IMG/VR virus record: IMGVR_UViG_3300015263_000331
Location: 1-47,888 of that record
Strand: one strand, 5' to 3'
Length of the DNA: 47,888 nucleotides
Source of the DNA: a virus
Lineage: Duplodnaviria > Caudoviricetes
Below are positions 25,289 to 36,142 of the stretch, piece by piece. Below the pieces are notes generated by a model, which made no database searches, had not been told where the DNA came from, and saw only the letters and a program-made list of their open reading frames with translations. The position numbers and the translations under genes are program-made. Position 1 is the first letter of the stretch. Each line of letters opens with the position of its first letter.

Positions 25289-26455
25289 ATGGCAACGGAA
25301 GACAAGTACAGCTTCTTGAACGGCACCAAGACCGCCACCAAGCCAAAGAACACGGATGTTTATGATCCAAACGCTGGGGCCAGTGATGCTTCGACCCAGA
25401 GCGATGGCTCAGAGAATCCAACACTACCACCCGGCGAAGGCACCCAGCCGGGGCCGGATGTCACAGTTACCGATCAAGGTGGCACGGATACCGGGAGCAC
25501 GGACCCCAACAATCCTGTTCCACCGACGCAGAACACCGTGCCGGATTACACCCCGGAGGATTACTCTGGCGAGGTAGGGCAGAACACCGTCGACCCGGCG
25601 ACCAAGATCGATACAACGCCACCGCCTGCAGGTGATGTGCCCTTCGTGACATCCTCGGGCACGGCTGAACCGACCATGACGCCATGGGAGGTCACTCGCG
25701 AACAGACGGTGCAGGGGCAGCTTACCGATCTGTACAACCGTGACAGCCCGTTCTTCGAGACCGCACGCCAGCGGGCGATACGATCTGCACTGAGCGGTGG
25801 TGCCCAGAACTCCGCCATGGCTGGGGCTTTCGGTGAGCTGGCGGCGATGGACGAGGCCTTCAAGGTCGGGTTTGCTGATGCCCAGACCTATGCCCAGTCG
25901 GCCCAGTTCAATGCCCAGATGGCGAATCAGTTCTCGCTGGCGGAGCAGCAGTTCGTACATAACGCCCTACTGAGTGACCAGAACTACCGGCAGGCGCGAG
26001 AGCTGCAGACCCAGCGTATCGCGGGGCAGCTCAAGGCGATTGTGGCTGACTATCAGGGGCGGTCGGCGCTGATGGATCAGGAGCTGCAGAACTGGTTCAC
26101 GCAGGCCAAGCAGGCACACGAATACCAGATCGACCTACTGTATGAGCAGGGGGCACTGGCCGAGGGCCAGTCAGGCCGGGACTTCGCCCGGACCATGGTG
26201 CTCAATGGGATGAACACCATGACCAACTTCTATACCAATGCATTTGCTGCGGTCATGCAGTACGCCAACAACCCGAACTTCACACCGGAACAACAGAAAG
26301 CGGCGATGGAGAACGGAATGGCGTGGGCGCAATCGCAGTGGGATATGCTGCAGGCTTACTGGGGTCAGTGGGCGGCAGGCGGACCGCCGATGCAAAGTTT
26401 CCTCGGTGGGACCAGCAACTGGTACGACTGGAGTCAACCATACACGGGAGGCTAA
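25289..26455 (+). CDS. Putative internal virion or ejection protein
   Basis: Disordered N-terminus, Gln/Ala-rich helical body (TVQGQL...ADAQTYAQSAQFNA); adjacent to a GNAT gene. Confidence 0.6.
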   Translation: MATEDKYSFLNGTKTATKPKNTDVYDPNAGASDASTQSDGSENPTLPPGEGTQPGPDVTVTDQGGTDTGSTDPNNPVPPTQNTVPDYTPEDYSGEVGQNTVDPATKIDTTPPPAGDVPFVTSSGTAEPTMTPWEVTREQTVQGQLTDLYNRDSPFFETARQRAIRSALSGGAQNSAMAGAFGELAAMDEAFKVGFADAQTYAQSAQFNAQMANQFSLAEQQFVHNALLSDQNYRQARELQTQRIAGQLKAIVADYQGRSALMDQELQNWFTQAKQAHEYQIDLLYEQGALAEGQSGRDFARTMVLNGMNTMTNFYTNAFAAVMQYANNPNFTPEQQKAAMENGMAWAQSQWDMLQAYWGQWAAGGPPMQSFLGGTSNWYDWSQPYTGG

Positions 26456-26456
26456 T

Positions 26457-26918
26457 TTGATCCGAAAGGCCAAAGAGGAAGATATTCCATTCATCATCGA
26501 GATAGGACAGCGACTGCATCAGAGATCAGGTAATGAAGAGGTGGCAATACACAGGCCTACAGTTTTCTCGGTTCTCCGGGTTTTCATTGTTGCCAGAGAC
26601 AAGCTCTGCCTCGTCTCGGAACGGGACAATCTGCTGCGCGGATTTCTCATGGCCAGCATCGAACCCTTCTGGTGGGCCGACCCGGTACGTGGTCGCCGAT
26701 ACGTCACCGATTGGGCGTTCTACTCTGAGATCAGGGGAGATGGTGTTCTTATGCTGAAGGCGATGCAGGAGTGGGCGTGGATGCAGCCTCGGGTGGTCGA
26801 GGTAGCCTGCGCCACCAACGTGCCCAAGGGCCGTGGCGTGGTCGACCGGTTGTTCGATCAGGCAGGGTTCCAGCGTGTGGGCGGACGTTACAAGGTGAGC
26901 AAGCCTGATGATCGTTGA
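26457..26918 (+). CDS. GNAT-family acetyltransferase-like protein
   Basis: TTG start after GGGAGG; MIRKAKEEDIP..., RGDGVLMLKAMQEWA, RLFDQAGF GNAT motifs. Confidence 0.8.
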   Translation: MIRKAKEEDIPFIIEIGQRLHQRSGNEEVAIHRPTVFSVLRVFIVARDKLCLVSERDNLLRGFLMASIEPFWWADPVRGRRYVTDWAFYSEIRGDGVLMLKAMQEWAWMQPRVVEVACATNVPKGRGVVDRLFDQAGFQRVGGRYKVSKPDDR

Positions 26919-28107
26919 AGGCCTCAGGAAGTATTCCTCGACCCTGTTTCACGGCAAGAACCCCATTCAGGCAGCAAAGTGGTCAGGGCGATTGCCTGAC
27001 CATAAGAACCTGACCAATCACCAGCTTTGCATCGTGGCCAGCGGCATAGTGACGGCTGGTGTCTATGCGGTTCATATCATCCCCGACACAGATCGCGAGG
27101 ACATGTCGGCGACCATCGGCCTGACCCTAGACCTGACAGGCAAGAACTCAGCGATGATCCGGTTCACTGGCGTCATCAAGGGCATCAGGTTGTTCACCAC
27201 GACGCCGATCACGGATTCGGTGACCCTGAGCGCCGTCCTGTCCTCGTTCTCGCGTTACAAGCGATCTCACGAAGGCTCAGCACCAAGACCCGGCGATCGT
27301 CTGGACTATGTAAGCAGCACGATTGCCATGACTCGTGCCAGCGGGTTCAGTGATTTCACTGCCAATACCGAGAATCACCGCAACATGATCTACCACCAGA
27401 TCGCGCTGTCGGCCAACAACGCACTGGCGGATCAGTATCGGGTGAGGATCATCCCCGAGAGCGAGTACACACTGGAAGCCTCCGTGGATACCGGACGCAT
27501 CATCGACTTCAACAACACGGAGTCGGCGTTCGTTTATTTCGGTGGCGTAATGCAGGGGATTCATCTCGAAGCGATCACGGCTCCAACCGCTGGCAGCATT
27601 GTCAGCATGGTGCTGTCCTCGACTGTCGAACGCTCGGACGAGATTATCTACGATTTCATTGGTGATTCACCCACGGTTGACGACCATGTGGGTGATCTCA
27701 ATAACCCGCATCAGACCTCGTGGGATAACCTGCTGAACAAGCCGGAGGTGTTCCCCAACCACGAGGTTTTGCGGATTCCGCTGACGATACCAAACGAATA
27801 CCAGCTTCTGATTTGGGAGAAGTTCGAGATCGACGGCGGAGCGCTGGAAGTGGCTCCGGGCGGCAAGTTGATTATCTTGCATGATCGCCCAGAGACCGAA
27901 CTGACCGGGCCAGACTTCACTTACAATGGAAGCGGAGAATTGACCCAGATCGATTATGACAATGGGGAACAGAAACTGTTCACGTACACCGCTGGTGATC
28001 TGATCCGGGTGGACACCCTCATCGATGGGACGACGTTGAGGAAGGACTTTTATTACGGCGGAGGGGGAGAGCTGGATTACATTGATGAGTATTATGTTTA
28101 CGCTTAA
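26908..28107 (+). CDS. Hypothetical structural or fibre-associated protein
   Basis: HVGDLNNPHQT and SWDNLLNKP fibre-type motifs; YD-like C-terminal FTYNGSGELTQIDY. Confidence 0.65.
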   Translation: MIVEGLRKYSSTLFHGKNPIQAAKWSGRLPDHKNLTNHQLCIVASGIVTAGVYAVHIIPDTDREDMSATIGLTLDLTGKNSAMIRFTGVIKGIRLFTTTPITDSVTLSAVLSSFSRYKRSHEGSAPRPGDRLDYVSSTIAMTRASGFSDFTANTENHRNMIYHQIALSANNALADQYRVRIIPESEYTLEASVDTGRIIDFNNTESAFVYFGGVMQGIHLEAITAPTAGSIVSMVLSSTVERSDEIIYDFIGDSPTVDDHVGDLNNPHQTSWDNLLNKPEVFPNHEVLRIPLTIPNEYQLLIWEKFEIDGGALEVAPGGKLIILHDRPETELTGPDFTYNGSGELTQIDYDNGEQKLFTYTAGDLIRVDTLIDGTTLRKDFYYGGGGELDYIDEYYVYA

Positions 28108-28123
28108 ACAGGAGTAAAGCACC

Positions 28124-30052
28124 ATGTCTCTCGTAGCCACTGACTGGACAATTGACCGGGCAACCGGGAACATCCGGTACACCGGGAACGACCACAACGG
28201 AGCTGCGCCGTCGTATGCCACAGTCATCGAATTCCATCGCTGGTTGCAGGACTTGGCGGACGACGCAGAGTTCGTGGGCGATGATGAACTCGACATCATC
28301 GATGACACCCCGTCTGATCGTTCAACCGACAACATCATCACCCTGATCAACGGGTTCAATATCGACGACACTGCCGCCGAACACCTCTACGACGGCTCGA
28401 TCATTCAGGCGGGCGGCAACACGATCTACGACGGCATCGTGAACTTCGGCAACGCTGGCGTGATCATCCAGATTCATCAGGACGGAGCGGTCCTGACCGA
28501 CGACTGGTGGAACTACTCGGTAGGTGGCAGCGATGATACCAGTACCAATGCCGCCTTCCTGACGGACAGTGGGGCCACGTTCACCACCAATGAGTTCGTT
28601 GGTTATTTCATCTACAACGTCACGGACGGCAGCTTCGGTCTGATCACGGCAAACACTGGCACCACGGTTACCGCGACCCTGCAGGGCGGGACCTTGGACA
28701 ACTGGAACAGCGGTGATGCCTACCTGATCGCCAAGGGCTTGAATGAAGATTCAGCCTCCGGCATCTCGCACCGGTTCATGATCAAGGTGCGGACGGGCGG
28801 GGTAGATACTGATGGCCGTCGCCTGATCGGCACCACCCGGCGTTGGGGGTTCACCTACTCCGAGTTCAAGATTTCAGCCGGTACCTCGCGAGGCAATAAC
28901 GTACTCGCGCTGGGCGACTCGGCGGACCTGAACAACACTACGGCCTACAACACTGTGTCGGGCTGGTCGACGATCGCCAACAGCACTGAAGGCTTTGTCC
29001 AGCTCGACGTCAACAACGACACGACTAACGAGGACTACTATTCCGAGTGGAACCGGGATACCTACACCATCAACCAGTTCTACGAACGGATGAAGTTCCT
29101 GACCACGGACGGCTCCAGCTCAACCTTGTATGGCCTGAACGGCGAACTGTTCCGTGGCATCACCCATGAGCTAGACGTCGATGGTGGCAGCGGCACATGG
29201 GGCACACCAGAGCATGAAGAGATCACGTGGACGGGTGGTTCAGGGCGACTGCTGGCGGTCGACAACAAGACCGGTACCAGCACCACGAAAATCTGGTTCC
29301 AGTTGCTCACTGGCGTCGTCCCGACCGACAACCAGACGATCACCGGCACTACTTCCAGCGCCACAGCGGACGCTGATCTGACGACGGGAGCATTGACGGC
29401 ACGCCCGATCTCGACACCCTTTGTCGGTGTATCCACCGGCTCGGCATTGATCGGTTCCTATGGGTTGTCTTTGGAGGTTGCCGACCTCGCCGCCACCGAC
29501 ACCGTGTTCGATCTGACCAATACAGCAATCACACCACCAAACAACGTGACCTTCACGGTATCGGGACTGGTTTCTGGCGAAGATCGGGTGTTGGTATCCA
29601 ACGACAACACGGGTATTGACTTCACCCAAATGACGCTGGCCACAACCCTGAGTGCCGCTGCCGAGACGACAGTCGACGTAGGGGCTGGAAACATCCCGGT
29701 TGATACGCCAGCCAGCGGCACGATCCGCATTCAGCGGGATAACGGTCTTTACAGCCGTCATCCGTTCAGTGCCTATGACGCAGGACGCCAGAACTTCACA
29801 ATCACCTCGGCAGACTTCAGCACCAACAATGCGACGTCAGGCAACGATGTGTTCGTAAGCTACATCGACAAACTGGCAGGAGCGACCTCGGAGCAGTTCA
29901 CCACGGTCTACAACGCCAGCCGGACGCTGTTCATCCGGGTGCGGGATGGTGGCACTGCGGGCGATCTGGAGGGCACAAAGACCTACGAGGGTACAGGCGT
30001 ACTGGGTTCTAACGGAGGCTCGGTCACGATCAACCGTATTAGTGATGTCTAA
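28124..30052 (+). CDS. Virion structural or tail fibre protein
   Basis: 642 aa Thr/Gly/Asp-rich beta protein; SD AGGAG. Confidence 0.7.
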   Translation: MSLVATDWTIDRATGNIRYTGNDHNGAAPSYATVIEFHRWLQDLADDAEFVGDDELDIIDDTPSDRSTDNIITLINGFNIDDTAAEHLYDGSIIQAGGNTIYDGIVNFGNAGVIIQIHQDGAVLTDDWWNYSVGGSDDTSTNAAFLTDSGATFTTNEFVGYFIYNVTDGSFGLITANTGTTVTATLQGGTLDNWNSGDAYLIAKGLNEDSASGISHRFMIKVRTGGVDTDGRRLIGTTRRWGFTYSEFKISAGTSRGNNVLALGDSADLNNTTAYNTVSGWSTIANSTEGFVQLDVNNDTTNEDYYSEWNRDTYTINQFYERMKFLTTDGSSSTLYGLNGELFRGITHELDVDGGSGTWGTPEHEEITWTGGSGRLLAVDNKTGTSTTKIWFQLLTGVVPTDNQTITGTTSSATADADLTTGALTARPISTPFVGVSTGSALIGSYGLSLEVADLAATDTVFDLTNTAITPPNNVTFTVSGLVSGEDRVLVSNDNTGIDFTQMTLATTLSAAAETTVDVGAGNIPVDTPASGTIRIQRDNGLYSRHPFSAYDAGRQNFTITSADFSTNNATSGNDVFVSYIDKLAGATSEQFTTVYNASRTLFIRVRDGGTAGDLEGTKTYEGTGVLGSNGGSVTINRISDV

Positions 30053-31899
30053 TGACCGCCGCAACATACACGACGAATCTTGCCGACATTTTCACGGACG
30101 GCTCTACTACCGGGTGGACCGCACTCGGTGGTGGGGCCTCCGGTCTGGCGCAGGAGACTGATTACTTCATTCAGAACACGTCGTGCCTGAGCAAGGCGGC
30201 GTTTGCCTCAGCCACCAAGGGCATGATCTTCAGTTACGGCTCAGATGCCGGTGGCTCAGGATCGGACGGTGCTTACATTGCGTGGATGACCCATACCGCA
30301 CCGAACTCACTGGCAAACCGCAGCGCGGGTGGCATGCAGTTCCTGATCGGTTCCGGTACCGGCGACTACGAGCAGTACTACGTTGGTGGGGCCGACACCA
30401 TGGTGTTCCTCGGCTGGGAACTGGTTGCTGTCAGCGAAACGGTCTCTGGGGACAACACCACCGGCTCCCCCTCTTCCACCGTGGAATCGTACTTCGGGGC
30501 GCTCTGGAACCTGCCCTCTGGTGGTCCAACGAAGGGCAACCCGAACGCCATAGACGCGATCCGCTTCGGGCGTTGCGATGCGATTATCGAGCTGGGCGAC
30601 GCGACCCCCAACGGTCCAGCCAACTTTGACGACGCTATCTCGACGCTGGACTCGATCGCAAACCGTTACGGCCTGCTGACACAGCGTAAGGCGGGCGCGG
30701 CGATCGAGAACTCAGGTCTGGTCCAGTTCGGCAGCAGCACCAACGCGGTGCTGTTCGAGGACAGCGACAAGACGATCCTGCTGCGGAACCATCCCCACGT
30801 CACAGCCAACTTCCACACATGGGAAGTTCAGAACGCCTCCAGCTCGGTCACCCTGACGCGCATCACGGTGCAGGCACTGGGTACGACCAGCCCCGGACGC
30901 TGGGTAACGACGGACAACGCCACGCTGGCCTTCACGGCTTGCTCGTTCATCGACATGGGCGTGTTCGGCTTCGAGAGCAACGCCAGCATTCTCGGCTGTC
31001 TGTTTCTGAGGACGGATGAGATCACGGCGAACACGGCAGACTTAACCGGCTCTTCGTTCGTGGATTGCGCGGCGGCGGCGGATGGAGCCTGCGTGATCTG
31101 GGATGTAGCTACTGATCCAGATGGCTACTTGGACGACACCAGCTTCGACTCAACGAATTCCACCAACGCGATCCATGCGATCGAGTTCGGCACGACATCA
31201 CCAACCTCGATTACCCTGCGCGGGATTGATTTCAAGGGCTTCAACGCCACCAGCGGGCAGAACGACAGTACCTTCAATGTCCTGCGCGGCAGTGGTACCG
31301 TCACGATTAACCTCGTGAACTGCACCAGTGACGTCTCCTTGACCAACTCCTACAAGTCAGCCGGGGCGACGGTGAACATCGTGGCCAACCCAGTGACTAC
31401 CACGGTTTCCTGTGTCGACAGCACCGGGGCGGCAATCTCTGGCGCACGGGTCTTCCTGCAGGCAGCGAATGGCACCGGTCCTTTACCGTTCGAGGACAGC
31501 ATCAGCATCACCCAGACTGGCGGCGTGGCTACGGTCAGTCATACAGCGCATGGCCTTGCCACCAATCAATACGTTGTGATCCGTGGGGCGACCGAGGAGG
31601 GCTACAACAAGGTTGCCCAGATCACGGTCACTGGCGCGAACAGCTACACTTACTCAGTGGACAGCGGGCTGTCGTCCCCGGCTACTGGAAGTCCAGTCTC
31701 AACCGGCGTGCTGGTCTATGGGACCACGGGCGCTCCGGGGACGGTAACAGATACCCGGACCCTGTCAGCCAGCCAGCCAGTGACGGGATGGGCGCGGAAG
31801 TCGACCTCCAGCCCTCTGTACAAGACCGCTCCGATTACTGGCACAGCCAGTAGCTCGGCGGACACGACCTTAACGGCGGTTATGATCGGAGATGAATAA
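30052..31899 (+). CDS. Virion structural or tail fibre protein with beta-helix-like and FCCH-like segments
   Basis: 615 aa; ATVSHTAHGLATNQYVVIRGA...YN...ITVTGANSYTY motif. Confidence 0.7.
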   Translation: MTAATYTTNLADIFTDGSTTGWTALGGGASGLAQETDYFIQNTSCLSKAAFASATKGMIFSYGSDAGGSGSDGAYIAWMTHTAPNSLANRSAGGMQFLIGSGTGDYEQYYVGGADTMVFLGWELVAVSETVSGDNTTGSPSSTVESYFGALWNLPSGGPTKGNPNAIDAIRFGRCDAIIELGDATPNGPANFDDAISTLDSIANRYGLLTQRKAGAAIENSGLVQFGSSTNAVLFEDSDKTILLRNHPHVTANFHTWEVQNASSSVTLTRITVQALGTTSPGRWVTTDNATLAFTACSFIDMGVFGFESNASILGCLFLRTDEITANTADLTGSSFVDCAAAADGACVIWDVATDPDGYLDDTSFDSTNSTNAIHAIEFGTTSPTSITLRGIDFKGFNATSGQNDSTFNVLRGSGTVTINLVNCTSDVSLTNSYKSAGATVNIVANPVTTTVSCVDSTGAAISGARVFLQAANGTGPLPFEDSISITQTGGVATVSHTAHGLATNQYVVIRGATEEGYNKVAQITVTGANSYTYSVDSGLSSPATGSPVSTGVLVYGTTGAPGTVTDTRTLSASQPVTGWARKSTSSPLYKTAPITGTASSSADTTLTAVMIGDE

Positions 31900-32246
31900 T
31901 GAACGCAGGTGTATTGTGGAGTGCGTTTAATCTAATCATGACAGGCAATGTCCTCGGAATTCCAAGGGAGCATATGAGAATGCAGTTTGGATCGACCGAT
32001 AGAGAACCGGAACCTACCGAGGAGCAAAAGCAGGCGCAAGCGGCTCGTGAGGTGCGTGACAGGACGGCGACGATTGCCGGAATCAGCGCTGAGCTGCAGA
32101 TTCAATCACAGCGGATGGAGAAGCTGTTCGAGGAACTTCATCGAACACAGAACCTGTATCAGACTCTGCTGAACCGTTTCGAGCAGTTCGAGCGGCAGCG
32201 GGTGAAGGAGCTGCAGAAGCTGCTGAACGGAGGGCCAACGGCCTAA
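31899..32246 (+). CDS. Coiled-coil hypothetical protein (start may be 31974)
   Basis: Heptad-rich; GGGAG before ATG 31974. Confidence 0.6.
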   Translation: MNAGVLWSAFNLIMTGNVLGIPREHMRMQFGSTDREPEPTEEQKQAQAAREVRDRTATIAGISAELQIQSQRMEKLFEELHRTQNLYQTLLNRFEQFERQRVKELQKLLNGGPTA

Positions 32247-32249
32247 GCG

Positions 32250-32756
32250 ATGGCGATCACGATAGACTACGCCACCAAGGTGATCAGTGTGCCTCAGGGC
32301 GACTGCACGCTGGTCAGTGGTACGGTCTATACGATGGATACCGAGAGCGTGTTCCGGCAGACTATCATGGCGCTACTGGCCGATGAGGATCACATCTGGA
32401 TGGATGATGTCTATGATCATGCCACTCAGCGCTCGGTGGCCGGGGTGACGTACGCCAGAGCGATCTCGATCATCAATGGCTACACGATCCAGTTCACGCC
32501 TGACAGCCAATGGTCGGTAGTACTGACCGGGTCCAACAATGATCTGTGGGACGTGCTGGGCGGAATCCTTGTCCAGAATCAGGTTCAGGTGATACCAACC
32601 AATTCGGCTGGGTTGGTTGTGGCGGGCACGGGCGGAGGTGCGACGGCGCAGGAAGTATGGGAATACCTGCTGACCTCAGGGCAACAGGCACAGGCGGAGC
32701 TGATCAAGGCACGGCTCAACGCAGGGAACGCATTCGCCGTGAGCGCGGCGAAGTAG
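32250..32756 (+). CDS. Structural or fibre-associated protein
   Basis: MAITIDYATKVI...NQVQVIPTNSAGL...AQEVWE motifs. Confidence 0.7.
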   Translation: MAITIDYATKVISVPQGDCTLVSGTVYTMDTESVFRQTIMALLADEDHIWMDDVYDHATQRSVAGVTYARAISIINGYTIQFTPDSQWSVVLTGSNNDLWDVLGGILVQNQVQVIPTNSAGLVVAGTGGGATAQEVWEYLLTSGQQAQAELIKARLNAGNAFAVSAAK

Positions 32757-32765
32757 GAGAACGGG

Positions 32766-34586
32766 ATGAGCGAGATCACCCTATACGAAGGAGCAGCAGC
32801 CGCAACACCACCCTCTGGCGGAATCACCATCTATGCCAAGGTCAACCACCGGCTTTATTGGAAAACCGACACGGGCGTCGAGATTCCGTTTTATCCCGAG
32901 GGCGCGGGCACAGGTGATCTGAACTCTGACGGCAGCGTCGCCCTAACCGTCAACTGGGACATGGGCAACTACCAGATGCGGGCGCTGCAGTTCTACCCAG
33001 ATGCCACCACTGGCACACCGCCATTTGTGGTCGACTCTACGACTTTAGTCGCAAACCTGAACGTCGATCAGCTCGATGGCTACGAGGCGTCCGCCTTCGT
33101 CCTGCTGGCAGCAACCGATATCTCCACTGCTGGGTTCTTCCTCGACGAAGACAACATGATCTCGGATGATCCAACCAAGGTAGCCAGCCAGCAATCGATC
33201 AAGGCTTACGTCGATATGAAGACGGCTGGGGCCCTGATGTTCCAGACGGGCTATAACGCCAGCACCAATAGCCCCGACCTGACGACCTCGCCGAACTCTA
33301 TCCTGAAGGGCCAGTACTGGGTGGTCAGCGCTGCCGGAACCTCGTTCTACAGCCTGAATCTGGAGATAGGGGACACCTTGATTGCTAATCAGGATGATCC
33401 CTCGCTCGTGGGTCATTGGACGGTCCTACAGACGAATCTCGATGCGGCCAGTATCAAGACCCTGTATGAATCGAACAGCAACACCAATGCCTATCCAGAT
33501 GCTGACGTGGCGGTAGTTGCCGCAGCCTTGGTCGATGGTGATTTTTCCGGGGCCAATGGCGAGATGCAGAAAACGGGCAGCGGAACCTACAGCACAATCA
33601 AGTGCGACTTTGCGGCCACTGCCGATCCAGATGCAAACTATGACAACACGGCTGGCTGGGCAGTTGGTAGTCGCATTATCAACGTCAACAACGACACGGT
33701 GTGGACGTGTGTTGATGCGAGCACTGCCGCTGCGTTATGGACGGAAGGCGGTGGCGCGGGTGGACTGGTACCACAGTTCAAGACCGCCAGTTTCACAGCC
33801 GTCGCAGGCAACATGTATTTCTGCGACACGTCAGGTGGGCCAATAGCCGTCACCTATCCTGCCGGAGTTGATCAGGACAACATCGCAATCTATGGCGATG
33901 CAACGTCAAGAGCGAACAACATCACCATCACGCCCGATGGCTCCGAGACCATCGACAACGACACCTCGTTCGTCATCGACCAGAACTTTGGTCAGGCGAA
34001 TACTGCCTATGATGCCGCCAACACCAACTGGGTCTGTGCCTTAACCGGCATGCCAGAGGTGGTTAATGTCGAGGCTTACATCATAGGAGCACAGACTTTT
34101 ATTTTTAGAGCTGGCGACTTTGGTTTGGGTGGTACACCACCGTCACTAGGAACGGCTGCTGGGAACTATGGCGTTAAGGTTCTGGCATTTGATGATTCAG
34201 CCTATGAAGCGGCAAACTTGGCCTTGCCGATGCCCAACCGATGGAACGAGGGACAGTTCAAATATCGGATAATCTGGCAACCACTTTCAACAGGCACCGG
34301 GACAGTTCAGTGGGGAGTTTATGGAAACGCCGCCACCGATGGTAGTGTTATGCCAACTTCTTCGGTGGGCGCTTCTGTTGAAGATGCTGCTAGTGGAACG
34401 GCCAATGCTTGGCAAACCACCATATGGTCAGCATGGTTTTCATTCGGCAACACCCCTGATTTGACAAAGATGATAGCCCTCAGGGTGCAGCGTAATGGTC
34501 CGTCTGGGCCTGATACTTATGTAGGAGATGCAAACTTTATCGCCATCGAACTTCAGTGGGTCTCTAACGCAGCAACGGATGATTAA
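32766..34586 (+). CDS. Tail fibre protein (mosaic)
   Basis: 606 aa; PFVVDSTTLVANLNVDQLDG, LDEDNMISD...SQQSIKAYVD, GWAVGSRIINV fibre modules. Confidence 0.8.
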   Translation: MSEITLYEGAAAATPPSGGITIYAKVNHRLYWKTDTGVEIPFYPEGAGTGDLNSDGSVALTVNWDMGNYQMRALQFYPDATTGTPPFVVDSTTLVANLNVDQLDGYEASAFVLLAATDISTAGFFLDEDNMISDDPTKVASQQSIKAYVDMKTAGALMFQTGYNASTNSPDLTTSPNSILKGQYWVVSAAGTSFYSLNLEIGDTLIANQDDPSLVGHWTVLQTNLDAASIKTLYESNSNTNAYPDADVAVVAAALVDGDFSGANGEMQKTGSGTYSTIKCDFAATADPDANYDNTAGWAVGSRIINVNNDTVWTCVDASTAAALWTEGGGAGGLVPQFKTASFTAVAGNMYFCDTSGGPIAVTYPAGVDQDNIAIYGDATSRANNITITPDGSETIDNDTSFVIDQNFGQANTAYDAANTNWVCALTGMPEVVNVEAYIIGAQTFIFRAGDFGLGGTPPSLGTAAGNYGVKVLAFDDSAYEAANLALPMPNRWNEGQFKYRIIWQPLSTGTGTVQWGVYGNAATDGSVMPTSSVGASVEDAASGTANAWQTTIWSAWFSFGNTPDLTKMIALRVQRNGPSGPDTYVGDANFIAIELQWVSNAATDD

Positions 34587-34588
34587 TC

Positions 34589-35362
34589 ATGGGCGCTCTT
34601 TCTTCTAAGTTCACAGCTTATATAACAGATGATGCGACCATCGGGGATGCTGACATCAAGGGTGGCAAGATCGGCTATGGCACTGACGGAAAGCACGTCG
34701 GCACCATGCTGGCTGAGGACCCTTATTGGGCTAACGTGGTGTTCCTGCTTCCCTGTCGGACTGTTGCTCCATTCTGGTGGTATGCAAGCAGCGGTGGGCC
34801 GCTGTACGGTGGGTTTGATACAACGTCACCCAAGTTCGGGAATGTGAGCTATTACGCAGACGGCAGTGGCGATGTCCTGTTTGCAACGCTACCTGCCTTG
34901 GGTACTGGTGATTTTACTATCGAGACGTGGCTGTGGCCGATCACTGGTGGGGCTGGAAGTAATTATGGCCGCATCTTTCAGATTGGTCCAAACAGCACCG
35001 CTGGTGGCTTATTTCTTGTCAGGAACAATGCGCCTAATCCACTGAGCTTTCTGTGCCAGTTCTGTTACACCTCATCGTATACAACATTGTTCAGCCCCGG
35101 CACGACGATCCCCAATACCACATGGGCGCATATCGCAATGGTCCGGGCCAGCGGTGTATTGAGCTTTTACGTGAGCGGGACGAGGGTCTATACCGGGACT
35201 CCAAGTACTTTCAACATCACGCAGACGTTGCTTTGTCTTGGTGCTAATAACTCTGCCGCTGAGAGCTTTAATGGCAAGTTCAACAACCTTCGCATCACGA
35301 CCGCAGCGCGATACTCGGGGGCCACCCTGACCTTACCCACAGAAGAGTTCCCGACTTATTAG
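34589..35362 (+). CDS. LamG/concanavalin-A-like domain protein (fibre tip or receptor-binding)
   Basis: DPYWANVVFLL, LGTGDFTIETW, WAHIAMVR, FNGKFNNLRIT..ARY motifs. Confidence 0.85.
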   Translation: MGALSSKFTAYITDDATIGDADIKGGKIGYGTDGKHVGTMLAEDPYWANVVFLLPCRTVAPFWWYASSGGPLYGGFDTTSPKFGNVSYYADGSGDVLFATLPALGTGDFTIETWLWPITGGAGSNYGRIFQIGPNSTAGGLFLVRNNAPNPLSFLCQFCYTSSYTTLFSPGTTIPNTTWAHIAMVRASGVLSFYVSGTRVYTGTPSTFNITQTLLCLGANNSAAESFNGKFNNLRITTAARYSGATLTLPTEEFPTY

Positions 35363-35370
35363 GCAGGCCA

Positions 35371-36063
35371 ATGACCAAACTCTCAGATTATTTTCAACGG
35401 GTTCTAACTGGCCAGCAGCCGGGAGGGTTCAATGGAATCCTGTGTGATCTGAGCACTCCCAGAGGGGCTTCTGGTGCCTATACGCTGGACATGGCCAATG
35501 CAGTGATCCTTGCCACCGAGATGAGTCTCCTCAGTTCGGCAGGCGGGACGCTGGATTCAGAGGGATTTTTTACGTGGACTTCAGCCGTACCTATCGGCTC
35601 TAGTTCAGGTGCTCCGCCACGGCTGACCAGCGTTACCAGAGAATATCTTTTCGAGATTAAGACCCTCACCACGCCAGCCGATGGGAACAACATCTATTGC
35701 ATATTCAATTATGTTGATGCGAGCAACTACTGGGTCATCATTTTTCAGTACCTGACTGCCAGCACCCTTTACCAAGCTTATCTCTATGAAATAACGGGTG
35801 GCAGCGGCACGCAGCGCGGCGTTATCAACATGTCCACCACCCTCGACCATCCATCTTATTTCCGAATCACAGTGCGTGACTACGGGGATCGCGTTACCTT
35901 GTTTGTCGATGGTTGGAAGACCGACAACACAAGTTTGTACGACTCTAAGACTTTAACTTACACCGTAGCCAGTCGTCCCAACAAAGGCGGCGTCGGATTT
36001 TATATCAATCTGGTCAACGGAAATAAATACGCCTTCAGGCGAATGCGGGTTGCAGATGTCTAA
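35371..36063 (+). CDS. Hypothetical beta-sandwich protein, fibre-associated
   Basis: FNYVDASNYW...ITVRDYGDRVTLFVDG lectin-like pattern. Confidence 0.65.
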   Translation: MTKLSDYFQRVLTGQQPGGFNGILCDLSTPRGASGAYTLDMANAVILATEMSLLSSAGGTLDSEGFFTWTSAVPIGSSSGAPPRLTSVTREYLFEIKTLTTPADGNNIYCIFNYVDASNYWVIIFQYLTASTLYQAYLYEITGGSGTQRGVINMSTTLDHPSYFRITVRDYGDRVTLFVDGWKTDNTSLYDSKTLTYTVASRPNKGGVGFYINLVNGNKYAFRRMRVADV

Positions 36064-36088
36064 TTCGCAGCAAACCGAGGTGTTAGTT

Positions 36089-36097
36089 TGTTATCAT
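36089..36097 (+). promoter_or_regulatory. Possible extended -10 promoter ahead of the lysis cassette
   Basis: TGtTATCAT in an AT-rich intergenic gap, followed by hairpin TAGCCA-GTAT-TGGCTA (36102-36117). Confidence 0.35.
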
Positions 36098-36142
36098 GGG
36101 TTAGCCAGTATTGGCTATCTTGAATGATTTGCGGAGGGGACT

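Noticed and set aside
32766-36063. Diversity-generating retroelement acting on fibre tips
   Set aside because: No reverse transcriptase and no TR/VR repeat pair with adenine-specific mismatches were seen in the window.
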